This document shows, piece by piece, positions 22,955 to 35,213 of a stretch of 64,000 bases of DNA (position 1 is the first letter of the stretch; every line of letters starts with the position of its first letter). The DNA comes from Anthoceros angustus (Eukaryota; Plantae; Anthocerotophyta): the NCBI GenBank assembly GCA_010909165.1, contig MU008161.1, positions 744,001-808,000 on the forward strand, in the 5' to 3' direction. Position numbers and translations under genes: made by a program. The notes beneath the pieces are model-generated. The model did not search any database. It was not told the origin of the DNA and saw only the letters and a program-made list of their open reading frames with translations.

Positions 22955-25900
22955 CAGTCTAGTCCAGTCCAGTCCAGTCCAGTGTCTTGAACCAGCAGGC
23001 AGGCGGGCAGGGCCAGGCCAGGCCAGGCCAGCCAGGCCAGCATGCGCACGGAGCGTTGCAATAGTGACCTGCAAAAGCCCTAAAGCCTATACATAGGCTA
23101 TCGGCCCACGGGGCTAAAGCGCTCAGGCCCGGGCCGGGCCTGCTGCCGGGCCAAAATGGGGGTGGAGCTGGGGCTAGGGCTGGGGCCGTGGGGCGGGACG
23201 GGAGTTGGCAGGTCAAAGCGCATGATGGAATATTGGGCTGGCCATCTTGGAATATATTTTGGCACGGCACTTGTGGCATGGGAAAAACGGCAGGGAGGAA
23301 GGGGAAAAATAAAAATCCAGGAGAGACGGTTGGGATGGTAGGGAATGGAAATGGAAGGTAGCGGGGTGGAAGTAGATAGAAGAGGAAAGCGAGGGGAGGC
23401 ATGCTATCGGCCACTGGGCACCGGCACCGGGAACCGGGAACTGGGAACCGGGAACCGGCAGCGAGCGCGTTGCTGCCAATCATTGTTTTGCTTTTGGCTT
23501 TTGGCTTTTGGCTTTGGGGCATGGGCCTGCCCCGCTGCAGGCCCAGGCCAGAGGCCGGGCACACCAAGCTTCGTGCATTTGGCTGGTATTGCCAAAATGG
23601 CACAACGATAAGCCATGGGGTCACATGACGGGGACTGGGACGGGGACTGGGACTGGGGCTGGGCTGTGCACTTTTCACGAAACTCGTTGCTGGTAACTGG
23701 TTTGCGCGAGCAGCAAAGCCCACGCCCACGCCCTGGAGTGGAGTAAAGGGCTGTATATATATGTACCATGTACCCACATGAGCCTGCCAGTGCCCACCTA
23801 CTTACCTACCGACGTGCCGAGCGGCTGGCGGTCCCGGCGCGGCCCGACCAGCGTGGCCCCTGAATCGCTGCGCCCCACGTCAGCCCGAGCCAGCCTCGGC
23901 TCCGGACCCATTTCCACTCGGTTCGGCCCCTGGCTCGGCTGGTTTGGTTGCCGCCCCGGCTCCGGCCCGGTCGGATCGGGTCGGGTCGGGTCGGGTCGGG
24001 GTCTGTGAGGTCATGTGTGTGGATATCCCATTGCCTTGAATGTGGAAGTGGAAAGAGCCTGGGAGAGAGCAGATGGCGAGCTCCATTTGGTTTGTCAGAT
24101 ATTTAACTGTCGGGCAGGCAGGGCAGGGCAGGGCAGGGCAGGGCCCCTTCGCATTGATAGGTACCTAACAATGCCCACTTGATTGTGATTTGCGTATACG
24201 CCCGTATACCAAGGTAAATAATTTATATATGGGCTGGAAATTGCGATGGGCAAATGGGCATGTTCCCGAGAAGATGCCTCATGGGCTGAGGGTCAGGGGT
24301 GCGGCAGCCATGAGCCTTCTCCTCCTCCTTCGTTACGGACACGCAGACAAAAAGGGGGGCGTCATGTCACAAGGAGACCGGGTGGGTGGGCAGTGGCACT
24401 ACGTAGATGCAGGTGGGTGGTATATTTATACCTCTATCGAAGTGTGGACGCAGCGCAGCGCGGGGTGGGATTGTTTTACATACACCCAGGCCTACAGCGG
24501 TAAAAATGTGTGTGTGACGGAGGCGGAGGCGAAGGCGAAGGCGAGGTGTAGAGATTTGGAGTTGCGTTAGGGCGTGGAGTCCGGGGGCCCGATTTAGGAG
24601 AGCACCCACTTCTTGCCGGTAGATTCGGTCCACATGGCTCTCAAAATATCGCGGGCCCGGCCCGGCCCGGCCGTGGCGGTATGGTCCATGGCATGGCAAC
24701 GAAGGAATTGTTGGGCGTTGTTTGGGTTGCCTCGGCTGCGCTTCGCCTCGCCTCGCCTCGCCTCGCTCGGCTTGCGGGTTCCCACATTCACGGTGCCTGC
24801 GTGTGCAAAGTGTGTGCGGGCCCCACCAAGGGGCGAAACACAACATCAAATACTGGCGGATGGCGGATGGCGGATGGGCTCAAACTGGTTGTGCCGCTCC
24901 GGGTTGACCTCCACCCCCGACTTCCATCCCCATTTCCACCGCGACAAGTGCGAGCCCGAGCTACCCCTCCCTGCGGAAGTCCGGCCCCGGACGCCTTCGA
25001 TCCGTTGTTTTCCGAATTTACACTTATCTACAACGGGTTGATATGTGATTACCCCTGCAGGCCTTTGATTGCAGGGCGCCCATGCCACATGCCCGAACGC
25101 GAATTGCCAATGTCCCCATGCCCGGCGCCGGACCTTCCCCTCTCTCTCTCTCTTTCTCTCTTCCTCTCTCTTGCCTGGCCTGGAGTGCGCCGGGGTCACA
25201 GGCTCGGGCCGGGCCATCCGGCTTCCTCGTGGGTCTCCCTCTCTCCCCTCCCCTTGCCTTGCCTTGCCTTGCCTTGCGTGGCCTGGCCTGGCCTGGCCTG
25301 GCCTGGCTTGGCCTGCCTTTTCTTCACTTCACTTGGCTTGTGTCGCTGCCGTGCCTTTGCTCGCTGCTCTCCTCCCTTCGCCTTCCTTCTGCGTCAGTCT
25401 CGCCTGGACCCTCTTCCTCGCTGCCGCGCTCCGCCTTGCGCCTTGCGCCTTGCGCTTTGCGCCTGCGCCTGCGTAACACCCTTTTGCTTTGCTTCTGCTC
25501 TGCCCGGCAGGAGGAGCGGCAGCGGCAGCAGCGGCGGCGCCAGTCTTGCCTCGTCCGGCCTGGTCTTCGAGCAGGGAGTGGTCTTCTTCTTCTTCCTCTT
25601 CTTGTGTCTTATGCTCTCTTCTGGGTCTCTTTGCTGCCGCCGCGCAGCAGGGGCCTCCCAGCAGAGGTCAGATCGAGGCAGGGTAAGGCAAGCGGAGCAG
25701 CCTCCTCCCAGCCGCGATTGCCCCCGCCGCTGCCCTTTTCTGGATCTGGGCCTGCTTTCCGCCGCTGATTGCCTCCAGTGGAGGAGGAAGGGGAAGGGGA
25801 AGGGCAGTCCCCGCTCAGCCCCAGCCCCAGCCCCAGCCGCAGGGTGAGAGAGCAGGAGTGGGAGCCGCAGTCGGTGTGGGCCTTGGAGCAACTCCTCTCC

Positions 25901-26030
25901 AGCCGCGGCGCAGCACGGTAACGAGGGAACCACAGCTTGCTGCTCCGGAGGAGGAGAGGAGACTGCTGTCCTGTCCTGTGCTGTGAAGAGCAGAGCAGGT
26001 TGCAGTGGAGTGGAGTGGAGTGGAGTGGGT
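22955..26030. repeat. Cluster of short GC-rich microsatellites (mostly pentamers) upstream of and within the TIC leader
   Basis: (CCAGT)n about 22962, (GGCCA)n about 23010, (GGGACT)n about 23631, (CGGGT)n about 23977, (GGGCA)n about 24112, (CGCCT)n about 24745, (CCTTG)n about 25252, (GGCCT)n about 25280, (GGAGT)n about 26007. Confidence 0.85.
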
Positions 26031-26609
26031 CGCGTGGGGTCTGGCCTTGCCTTCGGCGAGCCCTTTGCCCTGGCAAGAAGCGGCAGCTTCTTCTTGCGCC
26101 GCTCTTCCCCGCCCCCCTGCCTCATGCTCCATCCCGGCCCCCGCCTCTCCGCGGGGAATGCCTCTCCGGCCTAGTCAAATCTTGGTTTCCCGGCTTTCTT
26201 TGCGCTCCCATCTCTGCTCTTCTGCATGCCTCTGTTCCTGCCGCCGCCGCCGTAATGCTTCTCCATTCTGATATCCAATGTGCCTCCATCTACGCCTCCC
26301 GCCCGCCGCTCAGCTGCTTCCTGCAAATTTGCCCTTCTTCTTCCGCCTCCGCCTCTTGATTGCGGGCACCGGCACCAGCACGGCTGCCCCGCCTTGCCTC
26401 CGTCCTGGCCACGGCCGCTACCTCCCGTCCTTGCCTCTGTCCCACACTGTAGGAGACGGAGGAGGAGGAGGAGGAGGAGGAGGAGGCGCAACAGCAGGAG
26501 CAACAGCTTCAGGAGTAGCAGGGGCGGGGCATGGTGGTGCTGCTGCCGTATAGTCTCTTGTATTCTGCGGGAGTTTGGCCGGCGCCTCCCTAGCACCAGC
26601 GCCAGCGCC

Positions 26610-29600
26610 ATGGACAGGAGCCGCGAGGGACGACGAGTAGGAGGGGGTGGTGTGCCTGTCTCCGCACCTCGTCGCCCGCGCACCAGTGGTTTGAAAGACG
26701 TCTCAGGTTGCCTCTCCTGCTACACATCTTTGGGAACCAATGCTTGATACCAAGTCGCTACATTTCTCTCTGCTCTTGCTCTTTCATGGACTCCCCCTGC
26801 TGCCTGCTGCTTGTGCACCGCTGGCCTCGCCTCCACTTGCTGCCTCGGGATCTTTCTACAATTGCCCTCCCATCACCTCTTCCCCACCCCTTCCTTCTTT
26901 GCGCTCTCTCGGATGCACGGCCGGATGCAGCCCCGTGATGGCCTCGCAACCGCCTCTCACCCCTTGCCGTCTTCTTGCTCCCTCCCCTGCGCCTTCTCTT
27001 CCTCCACAATGCGGCCGCCGCTCTTGTGCCCTTTCCTTGATCCCCGCCGGCGCCTGCCTGTCTCAGATCGGCCGCCATGCTTGCTTTCATCTCTTCACCC
27101 TTCCCCGGGAGCCCCTCCACGCTCGGATGGCTGTCGCTGTCCCGCGGCTGCCGCTCGGTCCGCACTTACCGCAACGGGCCTCGGAGGCCCTTCTCCTTCC
27201 TCTCTCTCGCTGCATGCACCGCACTGTCTTGACTGAATGCGACCTGCCGCGCGTTAGCGGAATTACAGTGGATTGGACTCACGTGCTGTGGGTGCGCCCG
27301 TGGTGTGCCTGTCTCCGCACCTCGTCGCCCGCGCACCAGTGGTTTGAAAGACGTCTCAGGTTGCCTCTCCTGCTACACATCTTTGGGAACCAATGCTTGA
27401 TACCAAGTCGCTACATTTCTCTCTGCTCTTGCTCTTTCATGGACTCCCCCTGCTGCCTGCTGCTTGTGCACCGCTGGCCTCGCCTCCACTTGCTGCCTCG
27501 GGATCTTTCTACAATTGCCCTCCCATCACCTCTTCCCCACTCCTTCTTTGCGCTCTCTCGGATGCACGGCCGGATGCAGCCCCGTGATGGCCTCGCAACC
27601 GCCTCTCCTTGCCGTCTTCTTGCTCCCTCCCCTGCGCCTTCTTCCTCCACAATGCGGCCGCCGCTCTTGTGCCCTTTCCTTGATCCCGCCGGCGCCTGCC
27701 TGTCTCAGATCGGCCGCCATGCTTGCTTTCATCTCTTCACCCCCTTCCCCGGGAGCCCCCCTCCACGCTCGGATGGCTGTCGCTGTCCCGGCGGCTGCCG
27801 CTCGGTCCGCAATTCTTACCGCAACGGGCCTCGGAGGCCCTTCTCCTTCCCTCTCTCTCGCTGCATGCACCGCACTGTCTTGACTGAATGCGACCTGCCG
27901 CGCGTTAGCGGAATTACAGTGGATTGGACTCACGTGCTGTGGGTGCGCCCGTGGTGTGTGCAGCCGAGGATGGCGACGACATCATGGACGAATCGCAAAA
28001 CTCCAGGCTGCGGGAGAGGACTAAGAAAGACAGCGCTGCCCCTGCGGCAGCGCATGGAGCGGCGCCCAACAGTATGGGATCTGGTTCGCGGAATAAGAGG
28101 AAGAGGCAACAGGAAGTACACTTTCAGAGCCGCACTGCTCCTGCCGCCGAGGATGTTGAGGAGACCACGGAAGATACGGAGATGGGGGTATCTGAGGATG
28201 ACGACGATCCCCCGCCTCCACCCATCCATCGACGCCAGGGAAAGCCCAAGCCGCAAGGGAAGGTCAGTCCATCTCGCCCTCGGGCCAGCGAGCCAGCCTG
28301 CCAGCCACTTGGACTGCCATCTCCCGCTCGCTACTCTCGTCACTCACGGCGCGCACCTTTGTCCTGTGATTTTGTGCAGTATGTGGAAGACACTCTATCG
28401 ACAGATCTTCCAACTGTACCCAGGAAGGCCCGCACAGGTGTGTGCAATGGCCGCCGTCTCGCTTATTGCTCTGGGCCGCCACTTCCTCCTTTTCCCTGCT
28501 CCGCCTGCACCAATCTTGGTGCGCTCTTCGATACTGCACTAAATTGCGTCTCTCTTTTTGGCTGTGAGCAGCTCTCATCAAGCGGTCTCAGGAGTCTCCT
28601 CCCCAACCGCTTGCTGATCCTCCAGCACATCAGGCTCCTGCAGCTGTCCCATCCACTCCTGGTCCTACCAGTGCACCATCATCCTCTTCAGTCGCCTCAG
28701 TCAAGCCGGGAAGGAGATCGGTGTGTGGCCTCCTTCCGAATTTTACTTCCAAGTTTCCGTCCCACCTCCTCCTGCTCCTCGTCTGAATTGTTCTTGTGCT
28801 GTTGGTTGGTTGGTATTTGTGCAGAGGCCTAGTGGGTCCAAGCCCAAAGCCAAATTACCCAAGGTACAGGTGTAGCTCAAATTTGCACTGAATTTTCTGC
28901 CCAGCTCCTGGGAGAGCTGTCACCTTCCCAGAGCTGACGCTTCTGCTGCCGGATGCAGGTGTCAACGCAGGCAGCCATTTCTGAGCAGGAGGTTGAAGTT
29001 GCAGAGGCGCTGTTTGACCTAGCACGGAGGTGTACGAATCCTCCCCCTGCTCCTGAACCCAAGCTGGAGCCGAAAGTGGAGATTAAAATGGAGGTGAAGC
29101 CTGAATTGAAGGCAACAGTTTCCTCTGCCGTCTCTTCTCCCCCAACCCAGACTGTTGCCTCTTCCTCTGCCGTGGGTCCTGCTCTTGCTGCTCCGTCAAC
29201 AGCATCAGCTGCTTCTCCTGCTGTGGCTCCATCACCGTCAGTTGCAGCTGCTGCTGCCTCCGAGTCACCGTCCCAACCTGCAACCAATCCACCCCCTGCT
29301 GAAGGTAATCCTACTGCCTAGTGTTCAGTCAGCAGGAGCTACATTCGTTTAGCTTCTGTGCAGTCCTAACTCTTGTTGGTTGTCTTCAGCTCCCAAGCGC
29401 AAACGCCCTCGTGTCAGAACACGCACAGAGGATGGAAGAGGGGTGGCGCAGCCCAGCGCCCCAGCTGGTAGTACACCAAGCCTCTTGCCAACTACTACTG
29501 CAGGTGTGCCACTCGTGGTCAAAGCAGAAGAGCAAGGTGGGAGTCGAGCTGCCCTGTCGGAAAGGCCTGTGCTCAAAGTGGAGAACAGCATGCCTGGTCC

Positions 29601-32600
29601 AGCAACTTCAGGGGGCCCCTCCGGCTCTGCGCCTGTGATAAGTCCACCCAATGTGGTGCAGTCAGGAACGGTGTCCTCACCACATGTTCCAGTGGTGAGG
29701 AACAACTCTCTGGAAAAGAAAACAACAGTTCCAGAGAAAAAAATTGCCAAGCCAGAAGGTAGCATTGCTTCATCTGTTGAAAAGAGGACTGGGCCTGCGC
29801 TGCTTTCTGGTGATCGAAAGCAGTTTCCAGCCAATGCTTCTCCTGCTACTCCGCCTAATAGGGATGTTGATATCACTGTCAACAACCCTACCAATGACTC
29901 TAATTCACTCACAAAGCTGGAGCTTGGTCAAAGGTATTACATCTTCCTGGACTGACCACCTGCTAGTGATCCAACTCTATTGTGATTGCAGCTGACCCGT
30001 GTTACTATCGTTTGCAGACCCCAGCTGGCTGCTTCCAGTGAGACTGGCAGATCAGGAAAGCTTGACATTGACCTGATGGTTTGTACCTTCTTCCCTCAAA
30101 GGCCAGTGTTTAGTGCAGATGACAGCTGTGCCAGTTTCTGAAATTGTTCATATTCTGCAGGCTCTTCCACCCAAAACAAGTGATCTCCCGACTGCAGGAG
30201 ATGCGCAGGAAAAGCCCTTGGTATTGTCGATGTCCTCGCTCGAATGAGCATTGATGTGCATCTGTCCTTCATCCTTCCTTCTTTGAGACGCTCATCTGAC
30301 TTAACCTTCTCATTGCAGGTTGATTTGTCAAATCCCCCAGCTGCAGATAGTAGCTGGATGGAGAGAGAAAGGGAAAGGGAAGCGGAGAGGGAGAGGGAGA
30401 GGGAGAGGGATTGCGAAAGAGAGAAAGAACGAGAGCAGGAACGAGAAAGAGAGAGGGAGAAGGACAGGGAAAGGGAAAGGGAGAAGGAGAGGGAGAAGGA
30501 GAAGGAGAAGGAGAGGGAGAGGGAGAGGGAAAGGGAGAGGGATAGGGAGAGGAGAGGAGAGGGAGAGAGAGAGAGAGAGAGAGCAAAAAGAGAAAGAACA
30601 GGAAAGGGAACAGGAGAGAGAAAGGCAGAGTGAAAGGGACAAAGAGCGAGAAAAAGAACGCGAGAGAGCTGACATGAGCAAACAAGCTGCCCAGAAGCAG
30701 AGCAAAGGAGCAAAGGTTCCTGATTTCAGGGTTAAGCCAGCAGAACGTGCAGGTTTGCTTGTGTACTGGTCTGTCTTTCCCCCGTATTTGACTTCTTGCC
30801 CTGACAAGCCTCTATGTGAGGAAGAAGAACTTTTTTGTCTCACAGTTAACATCCGTGATTTTTCTGAATTCTCAGCTTCTTCAACTCCTGCCTCCGCTGC
30901 CTCCTCATTCTTGGCTTCTGGTCCTCCAGCTGGAAGCAGCGGCTCTAGTAGCGTGACCACCAGTGTGGGTGCACTTCCCATTTCTATGGGCATGTCTGGC
31001 TGGCCCTATGGGTAATTTGACCAGACCATATCCTTGTGTTAATCTTGCTGTCCACTTGATGGCCCTCCTTGACTGACGAAATTGTTTTTTTTTTCAGGTA
31101 CTATGGATCTGCAGCTGCTGCTGTAGCAGCTGCTGCTTGCTCTTTAAATGCAGCTATCCCAGCAGAAGAAAACAACAACCCTCCTGCTGTCCAGGTCTCC
31201 TCCCTCAACCATGTGATCGTACCTAGTGTAATTATATGCCTTCCCTTTTTATGCTGATTTTGTCAATATTGTTGATTACATTTGTCATGGTGACTTCTGC
31301 ATGCTCTTATTTCCATGTGGGTTAGTGAAAAGATTGTGTGGTGTTCGTTATCTTAAGCAGGTTGCACCTTATCCGGTAGCAAGAAACACCTGGAAGCGCT
31401 GTGCTTCACATGTATATATTGCTCATTTCATTGATTACCAACAACAGATCAGTCGTCATCCTTATTTTGGATCAGCCTATCAAAACGCAGCAGCTGGTGT
31501 GTTTGGGGGAAAGCCTTACAACCTTAACGTGCCTCTAGTCCCTCAAGAGACCATGTTTGGCAGTGCATCAGGGGCAACTGGTGCTGCAGTTTCAGGTGCA
31601 CCTGCAGCAGGTGCAGGACCTCCCAGCACTGGGCTGGGTGCTGGAGGCATGAATGAACGAAGTCTTGGAGCTGCTGCACTTGCAGCAGCTGCAAATGCAC
31701 AGGCAGCCAAAGAACGAGCAGCTGCCCCTTATATCGATGTCCTTTCTAGGAAGCAAGCCTCACAGCAGCAGCATGCTGCCCATCAGCCGCAAGGTTTAAC
31801 GCTGCAGGTGACTTGTCTCTCCTCCCTGATCCAGTTGCGTGGTTCATGTAATTTGCTTCACAGAAGGCTTGTAGTTGACCATATTGAGCTCTTTATCACA
31901 GGCTGGCGCAGCGTATGGGTTCCCAGTCACTCAGGCTGGGTCTGCAGCTGTGGGAAATGGTGGGGCAAGCAGTCTATCTGCTAATGGGGGGGCAGGTGGC
32001 ACAGGTCCTGGAGTTCCCATCATTAGTGGCTCCTCCGCAGGTACAAACACCTCTGTTGGCGGTGCAGGAGCTGGAGCTGGAGCCAACAATGGCTCATTGG
32101 CCAATGCTGCAGCTGCACAGGCCCAAATGCTGCAGCAGATGATGCAGCAGACTGGCTTTCCTTTTACATTCCCTACTCATTTTCCGCCCACTTTTAATGG
32201 TGCAGCCAGTCATCTTACTCCCCAGCAGGTACTGTCTGCTGTTCTTGAATTTCGGAAGCTTATGTTTCAAGTCAAAGTTTGATGACCGGCATTGTTCTTT
32301 TTCGTCAGTCATTGCAACAAAAATAGGCTGTCCTCTCATGAGCCACCGCCGTTTGCCACCCTCTGTGATTGCAGGCTCAGTATTTCAGTCCCTTCTACCC
32401 CCATCTGGTTCCCGCACATCTGGCGCAGAACCAGCAGTCAGGAAATGCTTCTGCAGCCTCGCAGAAGCAGCAGCAGCAGCAACACTCTTCACAGCAGCAG
32501 CCTCAACACTCACAGCAGCAGCAACATGCTCAACAGCTGCAGCATGGAGTGCGGAATTTCTCTTCTACATCTCCACAACAGCCACCACAGTCGCCATCCC

Positions 32601-35038
32601 AATCTCAGCAAGCTCAATCTGGATCTGCTTCACTGCAGGCGCAGCGACAGCATGACAGGGAGACTTCTGTTACAGGGGAGGGCTCCACAGCTGACAGCAA
32701 GTTCCCGATGAGGATGTACAGTCAACCTTCATCAAACGGCTTGGTTTCTACTGCCATGGCTGCCCAGTCTGCAGTGCTTGCTGCAGGGATGCAGCTGCAT
32801 GGTCCAGAATATCTTATGGCTGGTTTGGGTGGGAAGCAAATGAGCAAGCAACTCCAGCAACAAGTGATGCAGCATCCACATCAACAGTCACAGCACCAGC
32901 AGGCCCTATCAGCTGGGCCCATGCAAGTGCCCCCATCTCAGTCTTTATCTTCTCAGTTGCAACAACAAGGTCCAGCTTTGCAGATGAGTTTGAAGGGCCT
33001 TGACTCACAACAGGCATCACAAGCTTTCTCTGCTATGTCAATGGCCGCTATGAATCGAGGAGCAGTGGGCCCTGGGCCCCTGGGACTTGCAAGTGTAGCT
33101 GCTGTGATGGCTCCGCAAGGTCATGCCATGTTGCAAGGTGTGGTGGACCCTAGCCGGGCTCACTCTCAGCTTCAACAAAGTTCGCATCATTCGGCTGTCA
33201 GTGTTCAAGCCCACCAGCAGCCAATTCAGCAGGGAACTCCTCAGCATCAACAGCGTTCGCTGCAGATGCCACGTGAAGAAAACAGATCGATGGTGGATGG
33301 GAGTAGCTACACAGGCAGTAGCCGGGCAAGAGATGGTACCGACGAGCGGAAGGTCTCTGGGAAGCGAAATTCTGGCTCTGGGTCGCCCATGTCCCGCGTA
33401 GATCTTGAGAGTCTCCCAGGCATGCCTGGACCATCATCATCTGGAATCCCAGCCGCTCGGCTTGTGAACAGTGTGGGCCCAACACTGAACTTGATGACCC
33501 CAGCAAGTGGGGTGCTGTCCACCCGATCCTCTGGTGTGGCCTCTGGAGGAGGGCCTCCAGTCAATCAGAAGCAGGTGATGAATCGCAACAAAGCTGTTGC
33601 CTCTTCAAATGTTGCACCAGCATCAGGGCCAGCTGTATCGACCCTTTCTTCTTTTCAGGACAGATCTGCCTTACAAGCTGGCCTGTCGACTAAGTCGTCT
33701 GGACCTGGTTTGGCTTTGCCGCTGGGACAAAATGCTGTGGGTACCAGCCAAGGTCAAGGTATGAGGCAGCAAGTGCCTCCAGTGAAGCAGCAGCAGCTTC
33801 CTACAAGAACCTTGGGCGGCCCTCTGCCAACTGCCTCTGGCTCAAACCCTCAGGCTGTTCTGGCAGGAGCTATCAAAAGCTCCCAGAGTCAGCAAAGTCC
33901 GCGGCACAGTCAGCAACCTGTGCAGAGCGGGAGTCCTGCTGCAAGGATGTCGTCTGGTCCTGCTGGTTCACCATCCTCTGGCTCACTGCCCTTGCCTCCC
34001 CTTCCACCCACCTCAAAATCTACAGGGACTGTTGTTGCCAAGGCTACAGCAGCAGCTAACAAGGTCACATTCTCGGCAACTCAGAAGTCATCTGCATCAG
34101 TTTCAAGCAAGAGGTCCTCAAGCGCCCTGGCTACCCATAGTTCTTCTATCTTGGGGCCAACACCTCAGACTGGGACAGCCAAGCTTTCCCAGCAGATGCC
34201 TCAGCAAAATCAGCATCATGGGAGTCATCAGCCACAGGTTTCCTCACAGGTGCAACAGCAGCAGCTGCCAACGTCACCCCTTTCATCAACTTCTCTTGGA
34301 CCGCCACAGCAGTATCATGCAGTGCATGCTGGCCAAGCACAGGCTCATCAAAACAACAAGCAGACAATGCCACAGCTTCAGCAGGCATCACAGCAGCCGC
34401 AACACCAGCAGCAACACCAGCATCAGCAGCAACAACACCAGCAGCAGCAACACCATCAACACCAGCAGCAGCAGCAGCCGCACCATCAACACCAGCAGCA
34501 GCAGCAACATCAACAGCAGCAGCTACAACAACAGCATCAGCAGCACCAGCAGCCGCAACACCAACAGCAGCACCAGCAACAGCAGCACCAGCAACAGCAG
34601 CACCAGCAACAGCAGCACCAGCAACAGCAGCACCAGCAGCCGCAGCAACACCTGCAATCGCAGCAGCAGCAGCCACAGCAGCCCTCATCACCATTGCCGC
34701 CAGCTACTGTTGGACCTTCACAGCAGCAGTCTGTTCAGCAGTACCATCCACAAGCACACAGTGGGCTGCAGAAACAGAGTTTAACACAGCAGCAGGTGCA
34801 ACAGCAGGCCCAGCAGCCACCGCCTCAGCAGCAGCAGCAGCAGCAGCAAATGCAAGTAACCAGGCAAATGTTTCAGAGTCAGCAGCAGTTTCTGCAGCAG
34901 CAGCAGCAGCAGCAGTCACCAACACAGGTGGATTCTCGGGCTCAGCAGCAGCAGCAGCAGCAGTTGATGCAACAGCAGTTACAGCCCCCATCCTCGCAGC
35001 AGCTGCAACAGCAACCTAGCGTTGTTAATCAGTCCTGA
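26610..35038 (+). CDS. TIC: TIME FOR COFFEE homolog (multi-exon; one apparent frameshift in the Glu/Arg repeat)
   Basis: MDRSREGRR..., PTVPRKART, EQEVEVAEALFDLAR, APKRKRPR, KLDIDLM, ER-repeat, MGMSGWP, WKRCASHVYIAHFI..QQ and QAQYFSPFYP match TIC motifs in order. The terminal exon of about 890 codons is Q/S-rich and ends at TGA 35038. Confidence 0.9.
26648..27957. repeat. Tandem duplication of about 655 bp covering the 3' part of TIC exon 1 and intron 1
   Basis: GTGTGCCTGTCTCCGCACC recurs about 653 bp later. The copies differ almost only by small indels. Junction microhomology is GTGGTGTG. Confidence 0.92.
34370..35015 (+). repeat. Coding poly-Gln/His tract (CAG/CAA/CAC)
   Basis: Long QQQHQQQ runs in the last TIC exon, including a 15-nt CAGCAACAGCAGCAC unit repeated several times at about 34569-34635. 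Confidence 0.95.
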
Positions 35039-35213
35039 GGGTTTGTGCCAGCGACTTTGCAAAGCAGTTCCAACGTAATTTGTGGGCACTGATATTTTAG
35101 AGTGCGCAGCTTGTACCAAAGTAGATAATTGTAGATTACTTCCCTGGCACATTTTTGCGTGTTGGCTCTCTTGGTTGCATGCCCTGCAATCGTTGGCTAG
35201 TGTTGGTTTGCGG

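Noticed and set aside
24681-25847. 388-aa ORF upstream of TIC
   Set aside because: Made of microsatellite-derived low-complexity text (LAWPG, CLALP) in GC-rich leader DNA, with no recognisable domain.
26740-28542. 600-aa ORF with an internal repeat
   Set aside because: It lies over TIC intron 1 and its tandem duplication. The TIC motifs are in other frames with proper splice sites.
30096-30993. Minus-strand Leu/Ser and Pro/Ser-repeat ORFs
   Set aside because: Antisense of the TIC Glu/Arg purine repeat.
34032-34991. Poly-Ser/Asn and poly-Ala/Val ORFs
   Set aside because: Alternative frames and antisense of the CAG-rich poly-Q tract.
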